The notes under the pieces: model-generated
The model's input: the letters and a program-made list of their open reading frames with translations, nothing else
Databases searched by the model: none
What the model was told of the DNA's origin: nothing
Shown here: piece after piece, positions 10,354-23,022 of the stretch
Layout of the letters: each line of letters starts with the position of its first letter
How positions within the stretch are numbered: position 1 is the stretch's first letter
Program-made: the position numbers and the translations under genes
Origin: Octopus sinensis
Taxonomy: Eukaryota
Assembly: GCF_006345805.1 (NCBI RefSeq)
Contig: NC_042997.1
Location: 196,230,001 to 196,294,000 of the forward strand
DNA: 64,000 bases
Direction of reading: 5' to 3'

Positions 10354-13300
10354 TGTTTCTTTATTAGCCACACAGGGCTGCACACAGATAGAACAAATTA
10401 CAAGGTAGAGCTTTTCTTTTGAAGGTTTAAAAAAAAAAAAAAAAAAAGGAAGGGGAAGTTTCGATCAAAAGGGATCGTAAAAGGAGAGAAAGAGGACAAA
10501 AAAAAGGGGGGGGTTAAAAAAAAAAAAAAGGGGGAGAGGAAAAAAAAAATTGATCAATAGGGATCGTTATCACAGAAATGTCAATATGAAATGTAAAGGA
10601 GGACAGGTGAGGTTTACCCGTGGAAAGAAAAGCCTACGGAAAAGACCACGGTAACCTCGGTCAATGAAGTTACATTTATATTTCTTTTTTTTTTTTTTTT
10701 TTTGCAAATAAGCAACTCTCTGTTTTCGATTTCTGGGTTCATAGGACTATGCTCAAGGTGGCTTCGTCATTCATACGTGCCATTCTTGCTACATTCACCC
10801 ATCTTTTTTTAAAACATTCGCTAGACAAAACTTGCCTCTCTACTCTCACTTTCCTTTTCAAGTGGTACTTGAAGAAGTTGTGATGAAGATTGACCAGAGA
10901 GGAAAGTGTTTGTCTCCAATCCTTTCAGACGCGTCCACCAGATACATTCTTTCGCCATAGCCACAAGGATGATGAAAATAGCTCTTCCTTCCCGTTTGAA
11001 GGAAGGAGGCGTGACAATATTGACAGGTTCGCCCCGAGCTCGTCGTCGTACCTCCCCTCCACTAATCCCCTATAGAATGCTTTGGTTGTGTTGAAGTCAC
11101 TTAAGGTCGACCCAGGACGGCAGAGTTGCTTGAGAGCAACGCGACACTCGCGGTGCCATTCGCCCTCCTCGGCCTCTTTTGATCCACGACTGCAGTTCGG
11201 TCATGGAGACGAGCTGCGGGAAAGCGTGCCTCACAAACGGCGACCACACCTGTTCACCGTCGTCTACATAGAGCCAGAGATGTCGCAGTCTCAGCGCGTG
11301 TCTGCGCATCATCAACCACGGCATGCCCAGCCCTCCTTTTAACGGGTGTTGACAGCAAATGGATCGCCTGACCATCGGGACGGATCCTTTCCACAAGAAG
11401 CGAAAGAGGATGCGTTGTAGTTTGGTGATGGTAGGGTCGGGACAAGGTACGACGGTCAGGCGGTAGTAGATGACGGACGCGATGTACGTGTTCGCCACCT
11501 CCGCTCGACCCTTTTAGGGACAGTTTCCTCTCGGCCCATTGCCGGGCGAGAGTGACCACCCTACTACTCGTTATCTCGTTCCAGTTCTTCTCCACTTGGA
11601 GGTCCGGACCAAACCAGACCCCGAGCAACTCAACCGGGCCGTCGGTCCAGCGTCCCACGACGGAGGCGCTGGTGGACGGCATGGGCTTGCTTCTCCAGGT
11701 GCCTAGTCGCAAGCCCACTGACTTTTCCCGGTTGATTTTCGCTCCTGTCACCGCTTCGTAGTTTATCAGTGTCCGCCGACCAGCTCGATGTGCTCGTGGC
11801 TAGACACTATGACGGTGACGTCGTCCGCGTATGCAGACACGCTCGTCCCGCATCCCAATTCTCGCGGGATGCCCCTTAGAGTCGCCAGCTTCCGCAGTAG
11901 TGGCTCAAGAGTCAATACGTATAGAAGCGCCGAGAGGGGGCATCCCTGACGGACCGAACGTGCAATGTCGAAAGGTCTCGATAGATGTCCATTTACGCGA
12001 ATTACCGAACGGATGCCTCTGTACAAGGCAGCTATCCAGCCGCGGAAGACGGGACCGAAACCAGCCGCTCTCAGGACTGCCTCCAAGTATCGATGGTCTA
12101 CCCTATCAAAGGCTTTCGATTGATCCAAGTTGATCAGGGCCCCACCCATGCCAGGTTCGTTAACTACCCTATGATGTAGCGCATCAGATGGAGGTTGTCA
12201 TGGATGGTCCGGCCTGGCACGGCGCATGTTTGCGCCTTGTCGACCAGTTTCTCGATGACAAGCGCCACCTCTTGGCTAGCACCTTGGCCAAAATTTTCAA
12301 GTCTGCATTAAGCAGAGTGATGGGCCTAAAGTTATCTATTACATTTCCCTTGTTTAGATCTTTCTTCAGCAGTGTTACGGCTCCTCGGCTCACAAAACCA
12401 GGAATGCTCCTTTTGCTGCCAGTTGCAGTACACCGCCGCCAAGAGATCTCCAAACAAGTCTGGCATACAATTGTAAAGCTCGTAGGGTAGACCATCCAAA
12501 CCCGGTGATTTGTCCCTCGAGCATTCTGCCATCGCTTCCCGCACTTCCGCCGCCGTGATGGCACCTTCGCAGCACCCTGCCTTTCTTGTCGAGAGTCGTG
12601 GTAGGCTATGTAGGTAGGCACTGAAGTCCACCCTACGTTCTTGCCCTCCACTCGTTCCGAACAGTCGGGCAAAATGCTGCTGAAAGGCCTCACACATTTT
12701 ACTTGGCTCGAGCAATTCGCGCCCCTTTTCATCTACCAGTGACCGAATGGTGGCTTTGTTGCCCTGTTGCGCCTCTGCCACCCGGGCCTCTCTCGCGGCT
12801 CCAACACCTTCGTTCCTTAGAGCACGCATCCTAGCTCTGACAGCACATCCTTCGTGTTTGGCGTTGAAGTGTTGGTCGAGGGCCAACCTCGCCGCCAAAA
12901 CGTCGGATGCGATGCCGCTTCTAATTGCCTCTTCTAGCTTCTTAACTAGCTCACCCTCTACTCTATTTCTATCTATGGCTAGTGCTTTGCTGTACCTAAT
13001 CGCTTCTGCTTTTACTGCTCTCTTGAGGGCAAACCACCATTTGTTGTTGATGATGGCTCCCGTCAAAGCCCTCTTTACTAGTGTGCTAATCCGGTCTCTG
13101 AAAACTTGTCTCGATGGGAAAGACGCGTTTAGTTTCCAGTATCCGGGACCCTGCCTAAGTGTCTTACCTAAGTCTAGCGTACATGTCACAAGTTTGTGAT
13201 CCGTGTAGCTGACTATGTGGAATTGTGGACATCCTATGCTATCTCTATCTACTGTCCTACACAGTATCCTATCTAGATACGATCTCGACGACCCGATGCG

Positions 13301-13840
13301 GTTGCTCCATGTCCACGTTGGCGCATTCGGGTGGTCTAGTCGGAACCTGTCGGACAGTTGAAAGCGTCTGAGCAGGTCTCTGAGGCATTTGCATCCCCGT
13401 CTATTCCTATCTCTACCCACGTAGTCTACATGCGTGTCCAAGGTAGCATTCCAATCCCCCACTAAGAGTAAAGGACGAGACGTTCCCAGAAAACTTCTAG
13501 ACGTTGAAAGAAATCCGCCCGACCTGTTAAGGGCGGTGCGTAAACTGATACGAGTCGAAAAGCGCACCCATTGCTGCCGTCGACATCCAGGACGACCAGT
13601 CTACCCTCCGGGTCTACGAATATTGTCCTTACATTGAGATCCAGACTCTTGTGAAAAAGTACCACGGTGCCACTACCGCCCATTCTCGGCAGACAGGGGG
13701 AAAAATAAATGTTGAACTGTCCGCCAAACATGGTCTTTAGGGCCCGCGGATTGTGGAGTCTGGTCTCGCTTATGGCTATGATTTCTAACTTATGTGACTT
13801 TATGTCATTTAAGAGGTACCCTTGTTTCCAAGGGGACCCC
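10353..13840 (-). mobile_element. Tx1/L1-type non-LTR retrotransposon, 5'-truncated. Nearly full ORF2 (APE endonuclease + RT) with several frameshifts, T-rich 3' UTR and AATAAA. Flanked on both sides by (GATA)n.
   Basis: APE motifs IIAISETR, LVSVYAP, LLLVGDWN and SYLDRILC. RT motifs GYWKLN, KSPGLDGLP, NFRPITLLNADLKILAK, LDQSKAFDRVDH, VRQGCPLS and SAYADDVTV. GATA repeats at 10324-10352 and 13841-13948. Confidence 0.93.
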
Positions 13841-13871
<31 letters not shown>

Positions 13872-13908
13872 CAGATAGACAGATAGATAGATAGATAGAT
13901 AGATAGAC

Positions 13909-13949
<41 letters not shown>

Positions 13950-14635
13950 TATAGATACATACGCACACATTCACTCTCTCACACACACGCACAGATATAT
14001 ATATATACCTTTTTATACGTATAGCTATAAATGTATGCCTGTATATGCATGTATACGTATCTATATTTACGTATATATATATATATATATATATTATATA
14101 CATGCATACATACATGCATACGTGTATGAATGTATATCTATATCTATACATATGTTTATGTATGTGTTTATGTATGCATAATCATTCGAGGAATTGCTCT
14201 GTATATTGTCTGTTCTGAAGCTTAATAATCAATTATGAAACAAGAACACAACAGTGTCTAGACATATAAAACCTACTTTCCCGACATTTCTGTGACCGCC
14301 CAGGATTAGCCTCATTAAACAAGCACCCAATCGAAAAGTCGATCATCTTCACGAAACTCTACTATACGCAGTCTGATTTACTGGAATCGTGGTTATATGT
14401 CAGATGGCTAGTAGAAAACGTGCTTCTGTTTGTGTTTGTAAATATATATATATATATATATATATAATGTGTGTGTGTGTGTGTGTGGATTTATATATAT
14501 TTATGTGTATATATATATTATATATATATATATATGTATATATATATTATATATATATATATATTTGTATATATATATGTATATGTATATATATATGTAT
14601 ATGTATATATATATATGTGTATATGTATATATATA

Positions 14636-14694
<59 letters not shown>

Positions 14695-15293
14695 GCTTGT
14701 GTATATATATATATAAATGCGCGCGTGTGTGTATATATATATATATATATGTGCATACACACACACGCGCGCATATATATGTCTATATGCACGTGTTTTT
14801 GTGTGTGTGTGTGTGTATTGGTAAGAGTGGTGTGTGGGAAAATTTTGCAAGAATATGAACGTCTGTATATTGATGTGTGTATGCGATTTATATGAAAATA
14901 TGCGTGTATATGCATATACGTGTATATGCATATTTGTGTGTATGCATATATGTTTATGTATGTATGTATATAACTAAATGTATGCATCTACACGTCTATA
15001 TATTCATATATGTATATTTACATATCCGATTACATACATGCAATATATTTATACACTAGCACGCACAAAGGCACAGACACACTCCTGCACACTCACACAC
15101 AAACAAAATTTTCATGTTGATGTGTGTGTGTGTGTGTGTGTGTTTATCAGCATGGTGTTTGTGTATGTATGTCAGTATGCTGTGTGCGTTTGTGTGTGTT
15201 CATCCATATAGTAAATATATGCATATCTGTATGTATGTATATATATATATATATATTATATACATACACACACACATATATATCGTGCATATG

Positions 15294-15339
<46 letters not shown>

Positions 15340-15453
15340 TGCACATATTTATGTATATACTTGTACAGATACTTGTAGACAGACAGACAGACAAACACAG
15401 GCAGACTGGAAGACTGCCAGACAGATATGTAGACAGACAGACAGACAGACCGT

Positions 15454-15506
<53 letters not shown>

Positions 15507-15771
15507 GATATCTCATTTTACTCTCATTTATAAGAACTCCTGAGGCCATAAACGTTTTCTACACTCTTTGTATATGTCTAAGTGACACATCTTCCGAAAA
15601 TAAGCTGAACTGATGAAGCCCAAGGAGCAGAAATACGTATCCATGTAATGCTCTTGTTTCCAAGCAGTCAAGCTCTCATTTTTTTTTAATGGCTTATCAC
15701 ATTTGGAAAAGTCTTGGTTCTTCAGAATTTATTCTGTCTCATCTGGATTATTGACACTTGCCACATATCGT

Positions 15772-16100
15772 GGCACTCCGTCGGTTGCGACGACGAGGGG
15801 GTACAGTTGTTCCGATCAACAGAACAGCCTGCTCTTGAAATTAATGTGCAAGTGGCTGAGCACTCCACAGACACCTGTATCCTTAACATAGTTCTCGGGG
15901 AGATTCAGCGTGACACAGAGTGTGACGAGGCTGGCCCTTTGAAATACAGGTACCACAGAAACAGGAAGAAAGATTGAGAGAAAGTTGTGGTGGTGAAAGA
16001 GTACAGCTGGGTTCGCCACCTACCCCTGACGGAGCCTCGTCGAATTTTAGGTGTTTTCACTCAATAAACAATCTAAGAATCGGAATCGCGATCCTGGGGC
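15772..16100 (-). mobile_element. SINE, family D head with family B tail (head truncated)
   Basis: Reverse complement of the 6026-6410 structure. Confidence 0.85.
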
Positions 16101-16169
16101 TAATATAATAGTCACATCGTCATCTATGGAAAAAGCATATAGTATTTTGTGAGTAGAATGAGTTTTCAT

Positions 16170-17050
16170 CACTAGCTGGTTATTGTCACACGCTGAAGAC
16201 GAGCAACTACTCAGAAACCCGGGTCCGTGTGTATCACATAAGGTTAGAGATGGGAGCGATGTCCTGCCCTCGCAAATACTAATCGGATATAGTGTGTCCT
16301 TAGCCAGCTGTAGGAGATGTCTTCCTGGGACTAAAAACAATAGAGATGTTATAGCTAGGACACTCTATAAAGAAATCCTCCGGAAAGATAACTCCGGGGA
16401 CAAAGAAATAAGAACCCACAGTATGGCAGAAGGTATAGCCACTCATATTAAAAAGGAGTACTTGTGGAATGTCTCAGTAAAGACCTTAATAAAATGTAAA
16501 CACAACAGACCTAATATAATGATTTGGGATAGAGAAGAGTAACTGTGCAGAGTTGTGGAAATTAGCTGCCCAGCGGATGTTAACATGAATCTGAAACTCA
16601 GTGAAAAAGAGAGTACCTATGCTGAACTATTGGGAAATCTGCAGTTACTCTATCCAGATTACAAGTTCAGGTTTATACCTGTAATTATTGGGATATGTAA
16701 CACTGCCTAAATACCAATCTTGAGAAATTAGGCTTCTCAAAACCAGAAAGGAGAAAGCTAATTCGAATACTGCAGATCCAATCCATCACTGGAACTATAA
16801 AAACTTGTAAAACCTTCCAGAAGTTTAGCTTTTAAATATATATGATCCTGTTTAGATATACAACTATTTGCACAAGAAGGCATACATAAATCAAAACATA
16901 CATATGTGCATACATAAATACATACATGCGTATTTACATACATACAAACATACATACGTACAAAAATACCCTGTTGATTATGTTGAAATTCCAATGAGAG
17001 GGCCTTGGAGTTAGGTTAGAAACCAACTCTTTCTCTATTTCCAAGAAATC
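16170..17050 (+). mobile_element. R4/Dong-type (RLE) non-LTR retrotransposon 3' fragment
   Basis: Degenerate frames give RDVIARTLYKEI...KCKHNRPNIMIWDREE*LCRVVEISCPADVN...FIPVIIG (PD-(D/E)xK-like RLE). Homologous to 47735-48840. Confidence 0.85.
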
Positions 17051-17726
17051 TTGAAATAAAACTTATCAATGGCATACCTACAATCATGCATAGCTATACA
17101 TACACAAAAACCTAGAAATACTCGGTTTCACGGAGTTCTTTCACGGAGAAAGAACAAAAGAATAAAATGCGGATTCTGCAAATCCAATCTATTAGTGGCA
17201 AAGTCAAGACTTGTATTCACTCCATCTAAGATTCTTATATGAATATTGCACACACTTGGGTGTACGCATCGACAGTTCAACCAACATACCAACTCAACCG
17301 GAAATTTATAAACACCGGAAATTCTCTTGTCACTTTGTTAGCGACCGACTTCAACTGTCTGAAAGAGGACATTAATATAAGTCAAAAAAAAATCTTACAT
17401 ACGTACTCACATCCGGGTGGATGGGTGGATTTGTGTATGCATATGTATATAAATAACTAAAATTGTATAGAATTAAACATTAATAGAATTCTATGAGATA
17501 ATAAATAACACCCTGCATAAAATATGTATGAGTTATTTTGACTATACAGTTTCCATTTTATATTCTCATCAGAAATAACACCAGTATTTTATTTAAAACA
17601 ACGCATATATGCAAAAAAAATAACTATGTCCAATGATGTCAGCAAAATGTGTGAAAAATCTTACTGAAAAATATATTATAAAATATGACTATTGATGTAA
17701 CTTTTTCTTTTTTTTCTGTTTTTTAG

Positions 17727-17800
17727 TATGTCGTCTGGAGAAATACATCAATTGAATAAAAAAGAAATTTTGATAAATAAACGAATGGATACGGAAAAAT
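17727..17800 (+). CDS. Candidate exon of an unidentified host gene (MSSGEIHQLNKKEILINKRMDTEK)
   Basis: Strong pyrimidine tract ending ttttttag, open frame, donor t|gtaaat. Product not recognised. Confidence 0.3.
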
Positions 17801-18084
17801 GTAAATTATAAAGCAACAACCTACATGCTTTTTTTCTTTTAGTTTTAACAAGAACACCATACAAATTGATTGCTAAAATGTCTACATGTGAAATCCTGAG
17901 TCACGATCATTTGATGTTCTTTTATTTGTTGCATAGATATTCAGCAGGGAGAGAAGCTCACCCGAAATCAAATATGTTACTAACTCAGATGTCTGTATAT
18001 ATCGCTAAAAATTACCGATATAAACAATCGTATTAATATTGATGATGGTCACAAAATTAACACCATTCTATCTTCTGGCTTGGC

Positions 18085-18374
18085 TCTTTTTCGGTTACTC
18101 GACGAGTGCTGCAGCTGATTCGATTAACCGAAGAACATGATCGTGAAATTGGCGTACAAGTCGCTGAGCACTCCACGGACGCGTTTAACTTTAGCGTAGT
18201 TCTCGACGAGATTCAGCTGACAAAGAATGTGACAGGGAAGGCCCTTTGGATAACAGGCGCAACATATTTTTGCCAGCTGAGTGCACCTGAGCAAAGAGAA
18301 TAAAGTTCTTGCTCAGGGACACAACGCGTCGCTGGGAATAGAAATCACAACCTTACGATCATGAGCCGCGCACC
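18085..18374 (-). mobile_element. SINE family B (tRNA head, Nin/Deu-like middle, B tail)
   Basis: Minus strand reads gtgtccctgagcaagaactttattc...cactcagctggcaaaaa followed by the B tail. Confidence 0.8.
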
Positions 18375-18461
18375 TTCAAAATATTCTCACGCAACAGATT
18401 TTTAGCTGAAAAGCAATACAAAGCAAATATTAAAACATTTTTATTATGATGATGTGATAAA

Positions 18462-19055
18462 GCGGCGAGCTGGCAGAAACGTTAGCACGCCGGGCGAAAT
18501 GCTTAAGCGGTGTTTCGTCTGCCGCTACGTTCTGAGTTCAAATTCCGCCGAGGTCGACTTTGCCCTTCATCATTTCGGGGTCGATAAATTAAGTACCAGT
18601 TACGCACTGGGGTCGATATAATCGACTTAATTGGTTTGTCTGTCCTTGTTTGTCCCCTCTATGTTTAGCCCCTTGTGGGCAATAAAGAAATAAGAAACGT
18701 TAGCACGCCGAGCGAAATGCTTAGCGCTATTTCGTCTGCCGCTACGTTCTGAGTTCAAATTCTGCCGAGGTCGACTTTGCCTTTCATCCTTTTGGGGTCG
18801 ATTAAATAAGTACCAGTTACGCACTGGGTCGATATAATCGACTTAATCCGTGTGTCTGTTCTTGTTTGTCCTCTATGTGTTTAGTCCCTCGTGGGTAGTA
18901 AAGAAATAGGTATTCCGTCTGTCGTTACGTTCTGATTTCAAATTCCGCCGAGGTCGACTTTGCCTTTCATCCTTTCGGGGTTGATAAATTAAGTAAAATT
19001 TGCGTACTTGGTTCGATCTAATCGACTGGCCCCCAGCCTCAAAATTTTGGGCCTT
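18462..19055 (+). mobile_element. SINE family C multimer (two units plus a third ending in an alternative tail)
   Basis: Repeated C units. The last ends atcgactggcccccagcctcaaaattttgggccttgtg. Confidence 0.88.
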
Positions 19056-19281
19056 GTGAAAGATTATGATGCTGTGATGCTGATTCTGTATAATTCATTA
19101 AGACAAGACTATTACCGGAATACTTAGACAAATCAGCACAAAATTGATAAAACTCCTTGTCATGAAATCTGAGTATTCAGATACGAAATAAATTCCCTCA
19201 TTTCATTTTGTCAGTTACTCACATTTCCTTTGATCGAATATATATTGTGTAACAGCTCCGTTGCATAGGATTTATAGGAAA

Positions 19282-19660
19282 ACTAGCAGTATCGCCCGGC
19301 GTTGCTCAGGTTTGTAAGGGAAATAACTATAAAGCATTTTTAGAGAGTTATAGCCAAAAAATAGCAAAAAAATGGAAAAAAAATGATGGTAAATTTTTTG
19401 AGAGTTAAAAAAGGTGGAGTTGCGTCCCCTAGACGGTCTGTGGTTTGGATTTCTGATTCTCGACCCCATGTCGAATTTATCGATTTTTTTCAGAACTGGG
19501 GGAACTTTTCAAAATTTTCGCTGCGTTAGTTTTGAATTATGACATTGGGCTATGTGTGTGTCAAGTTTCATCAGAATCGGTTGAAAGCCGTGGTCAGAGT
19601 GAGGGTACGAGAAAACGGACACACAGAAAACGCACAGACAAACTGCCGTTTATATAGAGA
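19282..19660 (+). mobile_element. Non-autonomous Helitron/Helentron-associated (HINE/DINE-like) element
   Basis: Starts actagcagtatcgcccggcgttgctc, has internal caagtttcatcagaatcggttgaaagccg and ends acagacaaactgccgtttatatagag. This architecture is typical of such elements (recalled pattern). Confidence 0.6.
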
Positions 19661-21362
19661 GAGATATGCAAAGCAAGGTATCTTGTTATCTATGGAAGTG
19701 CAGTAAGAAATGCGAAATGCATATAACAGGCGAAAATGGAAAAAACACTATGAAGGGGATCGGAGAGTTTTGATCAATTCTATGCTTGTTCACTGCTTGG
19801 CGTTTGGAATTAAAACTAAAACTAATAGATTATAAATTACAATTTCTTTGTGTTAATGCACAGTTGGGTTTTCATGTCCTCTTTCAGTCTTACACATTTT
19901 TTGTGTAAAGTTTTCGACGTACAAAACATCACAGATATTTTGCACTTATGCACATAAATGCCGGCTTGATTTTATAAAATGCTCTATAAAACTTTCTATA
20001 AAAATCGTAAGCCTTTGTTGTGATACATAATGCATAGATAGGATCATAATGTTATGCGATTATAAACATTATGAAAATGAAAAACGGTTCGCAAAATGTA
20101 TATGTTCGATATGAGCCTTAAAATGTGAAAATATTAAAGGTTGTTCAACATTATATGTCTCAAAATACACGAAAACTGTTCTTGGAGGAATTGAGAAGGA
20201 AGGTTGTTGAAAGGCGTTTTATAATCACAAATATTGTTTGAGTTTTATGCTCTTACCCCAGCAGAGAGTCGGATGGTTAATGGAAGAGTGAAATTAGAAG
20301 ATTGACAAACACAAAGGGGACAGAAATAAATGACGAAAGATGCCTAAATGAAGCTCGGTCGAAGTGCTAGCAGAGGGGTTCGATAATGGCGTAGCGATGT
20401 TGAGATAGATTCCAGTCCAGCTCTTAGACAATTTTGTTAAATTAATAAAACTGGTCTCGTTGTTTCAAATGATTTCGCAATACCAAGAAGCTGTATAAAC
20501 AACAAAAGCTTGTGTATAGTACTATATCAGCAAATATTTATCTTAGAAGAGTAAAATGGATATTCGAGCTTAGGTGAGTATGAAACAAAAGCAAGATCCA
20601 CGCTATCCTACGATATTTTAAAAGTTCTATCACTCTTTTACAATTTTTGCCATAAGGAGCCGAAGAGACTCGAAATTATCAATGAATGCTTATGCATTTA
20701 TTATCTCATGTTGAAGCTGTTTCTGGTGATCCATTATAAGATGTATGAGATAGAATTGAACAGAAAATTGGGCGTTATAAAAATGCGATGTTAAGATTTT
20801 TAATTAAACAAGTTTAATAAAACAAGTTCATTCTTACTTTCATATTTCAATTTTCAGATAAATTTGAATAAAAAACTACGTTAGTTACATCTAGATTTCA
20901 TTAAAATAGAGGACAGTGAGTAACAAAGACTATCGGAAACTTTTGTATATCATTTATATTCAAATTTACTCAAACCTACTCTGAAGCAAACAATTTATCA
21001 TTTGTCTTGCGTTTTTTGTGGCACTGTATTATTTTGCAAATAACCCTTTAGTACCGAATTATAATGCAAGGAAAGAAATGGATGAAAAATAGCATTCACA
21101 TTCTAATGTAGATTAGATTTCTTTTGAAATTTTATACATCACAATGCATCGATATCTCGGTCACAAGAAATATTACTTGTGACCGAGTTCGATTGGAGCA
21201 GAATTTGTCAACGATCTACGTGGCAGGCGTCTGTTAATTTTTCAGAGAAAAATGCCTCGAAAATGGCAAATTATCGTTAGCCTACTGTAATAGTTAACTT
21301 TTATTCATACAGTAAAATTTTAGTAGCAAATTTTGTTGTGAGGTGGTGTATTAGCAAAATGG

Positions 21363-21479
21363 GCTTACGGCCGTATCACGTTGAAAGCACCGGTTCTCAT
21401 CCAATCACCGAAGTTAGGGAACGTCGAGCCTATTTAGTACTTCGTGGGTGACCGCTTGGGAAACCTAGGCGCTGTAAGT
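21363..21479 (+). pseudogene. 5S: Solitary 5S rRNA pseudogene
   Basis: 117 nt, gcttacggccgtatcacgttgaaagcaccggttctc...accgaagtt...tagtactt...gggtgaccgcttgggaa...gctgtaagt. Complementary ends, no oligo-T terminator, apparent CpG decay, 1-nt deletion. Confidence 0.9.
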
Positions 21480-21495
21480 GTCACACATTGTTGTA

Positions 21496-21712
21496 GGCGG
21501 CAAGCTGGCAGAAACGTTAGCACGCTGGGCGAAATGCGCAGCCGTATTTCGTCTGCCGTAACGTTTTGAGTTCAAATTCCGCCGAGGTCGACTTTGCCTT
21601 TATACTTTCTGAGTCGATAAATTAAGTACCAGTTACGCACTGGGGTCGATGTAATTGACTTAATCCGTTTGTCTGTCCTTGTGTTTAGCCCCTTGTGGGT
21701 AGTAGAGAAATA
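21496..21712 (+). mobile_element. SINE family C, single copy
   Basis: Family C head and tail motifs. Confidence 0.9.
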
Positions 21713-22609
21713 TATTAGCAGAATGGTTAGAGGCGCCAAATACTCTGCTTAATAGTATTCGCCCTGAATCTTAGTAGTCTGTGTACAAATTCCTCCAGAA
21801 CAACTATAAATTTCACAACATAAGGGGCATCAGCCATCTGAATGTGGCTATGGACAGGGCAGGGTGGTGGGGTGTTACTGATGCATTTAGCCCCAGGCGA
21901 TCATCAACGTCACCAGGAGGGCTGACACCATTTCGTTGTCCTCTAGCCTGCAAAGGGAGATCATTCCCCGAAGAAGCGGATGCTACATACGGACCAGGTT
22001 TCAAGGTATTTGCCTATTATGAACGCATGGTAAGCACCGCTCTCCGACGAATAACTCCCTGTACAGGCTATATATTAAGGATTTTCACAGTAAACACATT
22101 TACTGATGTAGAAAAACCGTTCGAAAGCAATAATAAATCTCTAAACGAAAAAATGTTCCAGTACCAGAGAGTTGGATTAATAAAAATGTAATAATGTCGA
22201 AACTGGATGATTGGAACTATTTGTTCAGTCTCTTAGAGTTCTCAGTTCAAGCTCTAGTGTGACCTACATCGGTGGTAGAGATAATCCACCCACTGGCATG
22301 ATATTACCTGACATCTCGGGTAACTTTAATGAGTTTCCTTCTGTTTCAAGCAATCGGAACAGGTCGCTGGCACACGGATACCTTCGTCCTACACTCGCGT
22401 TATTATTGGAAATTTTGTGACATGTCACAAACCCTGTCTTCTCTCTTGACTAAGAAAATATAAAGGATGTTTTAGTAAAACAGACAAAAAGCAAATTATG
22501 AAAAGCTGGATTGATACACTGATAGAAATCTTAATACTGTGTCTCGATTCAAATAAATTCAAGCTACATAGACGACGACCGAGCTAATCTGTTTTACATA
22601 ACATATACG

Positions 22610-23022
22610 CTTTACTCTTCTACTTGTTTCAGTTATTTGACTGTGGCCATGCTGTAGCACCGCATTTAGTCGAGCAAATCGACACTAGGACTTATTCTTT
22701 GTAAGCCTAGTACTTATTCTATCGGTCTCTTTTGCCGAACCGCTAAGTTACGGGGGACATAAACACACCAGCATGGGTTGTCAAGTGATGTTGGGGGGAC
22801 AAATAGACACACAAACAAATACACACACATACATACATATATATATATATATACATATACGATGGGCTTCTTTCAGTTTCCGTCTACCAAATCCACTCAC
22901 AAGGCTTTGGTCGGCCCGAAGCTATAGTAGAAGACAGTTGCCCAATGTGCCACGCAGTGGGACTTAAGCCAGAACCATGTGGTTCGTAAGTACGCTACTT
23001 ACCACACAGCCATTCCTACGCC
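22610..23022 (-). mobile_element. SINE family A, full length
   Basis: Reverse complement of family A, from head (cctacgcc) to tail (tttactcttctacttgtttcagt). Confidence 0.9.

Noticed and set aside
1814-16000. Dozens of ORFs rich in YI/HT/CV/MYVC (also at 25-30 kb, 43-45 kb, 49-57 kb)
   Set aside because: They are translations of (TA)n, (CA)n, (ACAT)n and (GATA)n microsatellites, which lack stop codons in several frames.
17843-17976. Two further acceptor-bounded micro-exons after 17727-17800
   Set aside because: They would need introns of only about 42 and 50 nt with weak donors, which is easily produced by chance in T-rich DNA.
20547-20915. Plus-strand AG...GTGAGT pairs at 20547-20573 and 20858-20915
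   Set aside because: The second has stops in all three frames and the first is very short, so neither can be supported as coding.
21781-22191. 136-aa plus-strand ORF with a good donor (atg|gtaagc at 22030)
   Set aside because: No recognisable domain. The GC-richer core looks like an interspersed repeat and the acceptor is modest, so support for a CDS call is insufficient.
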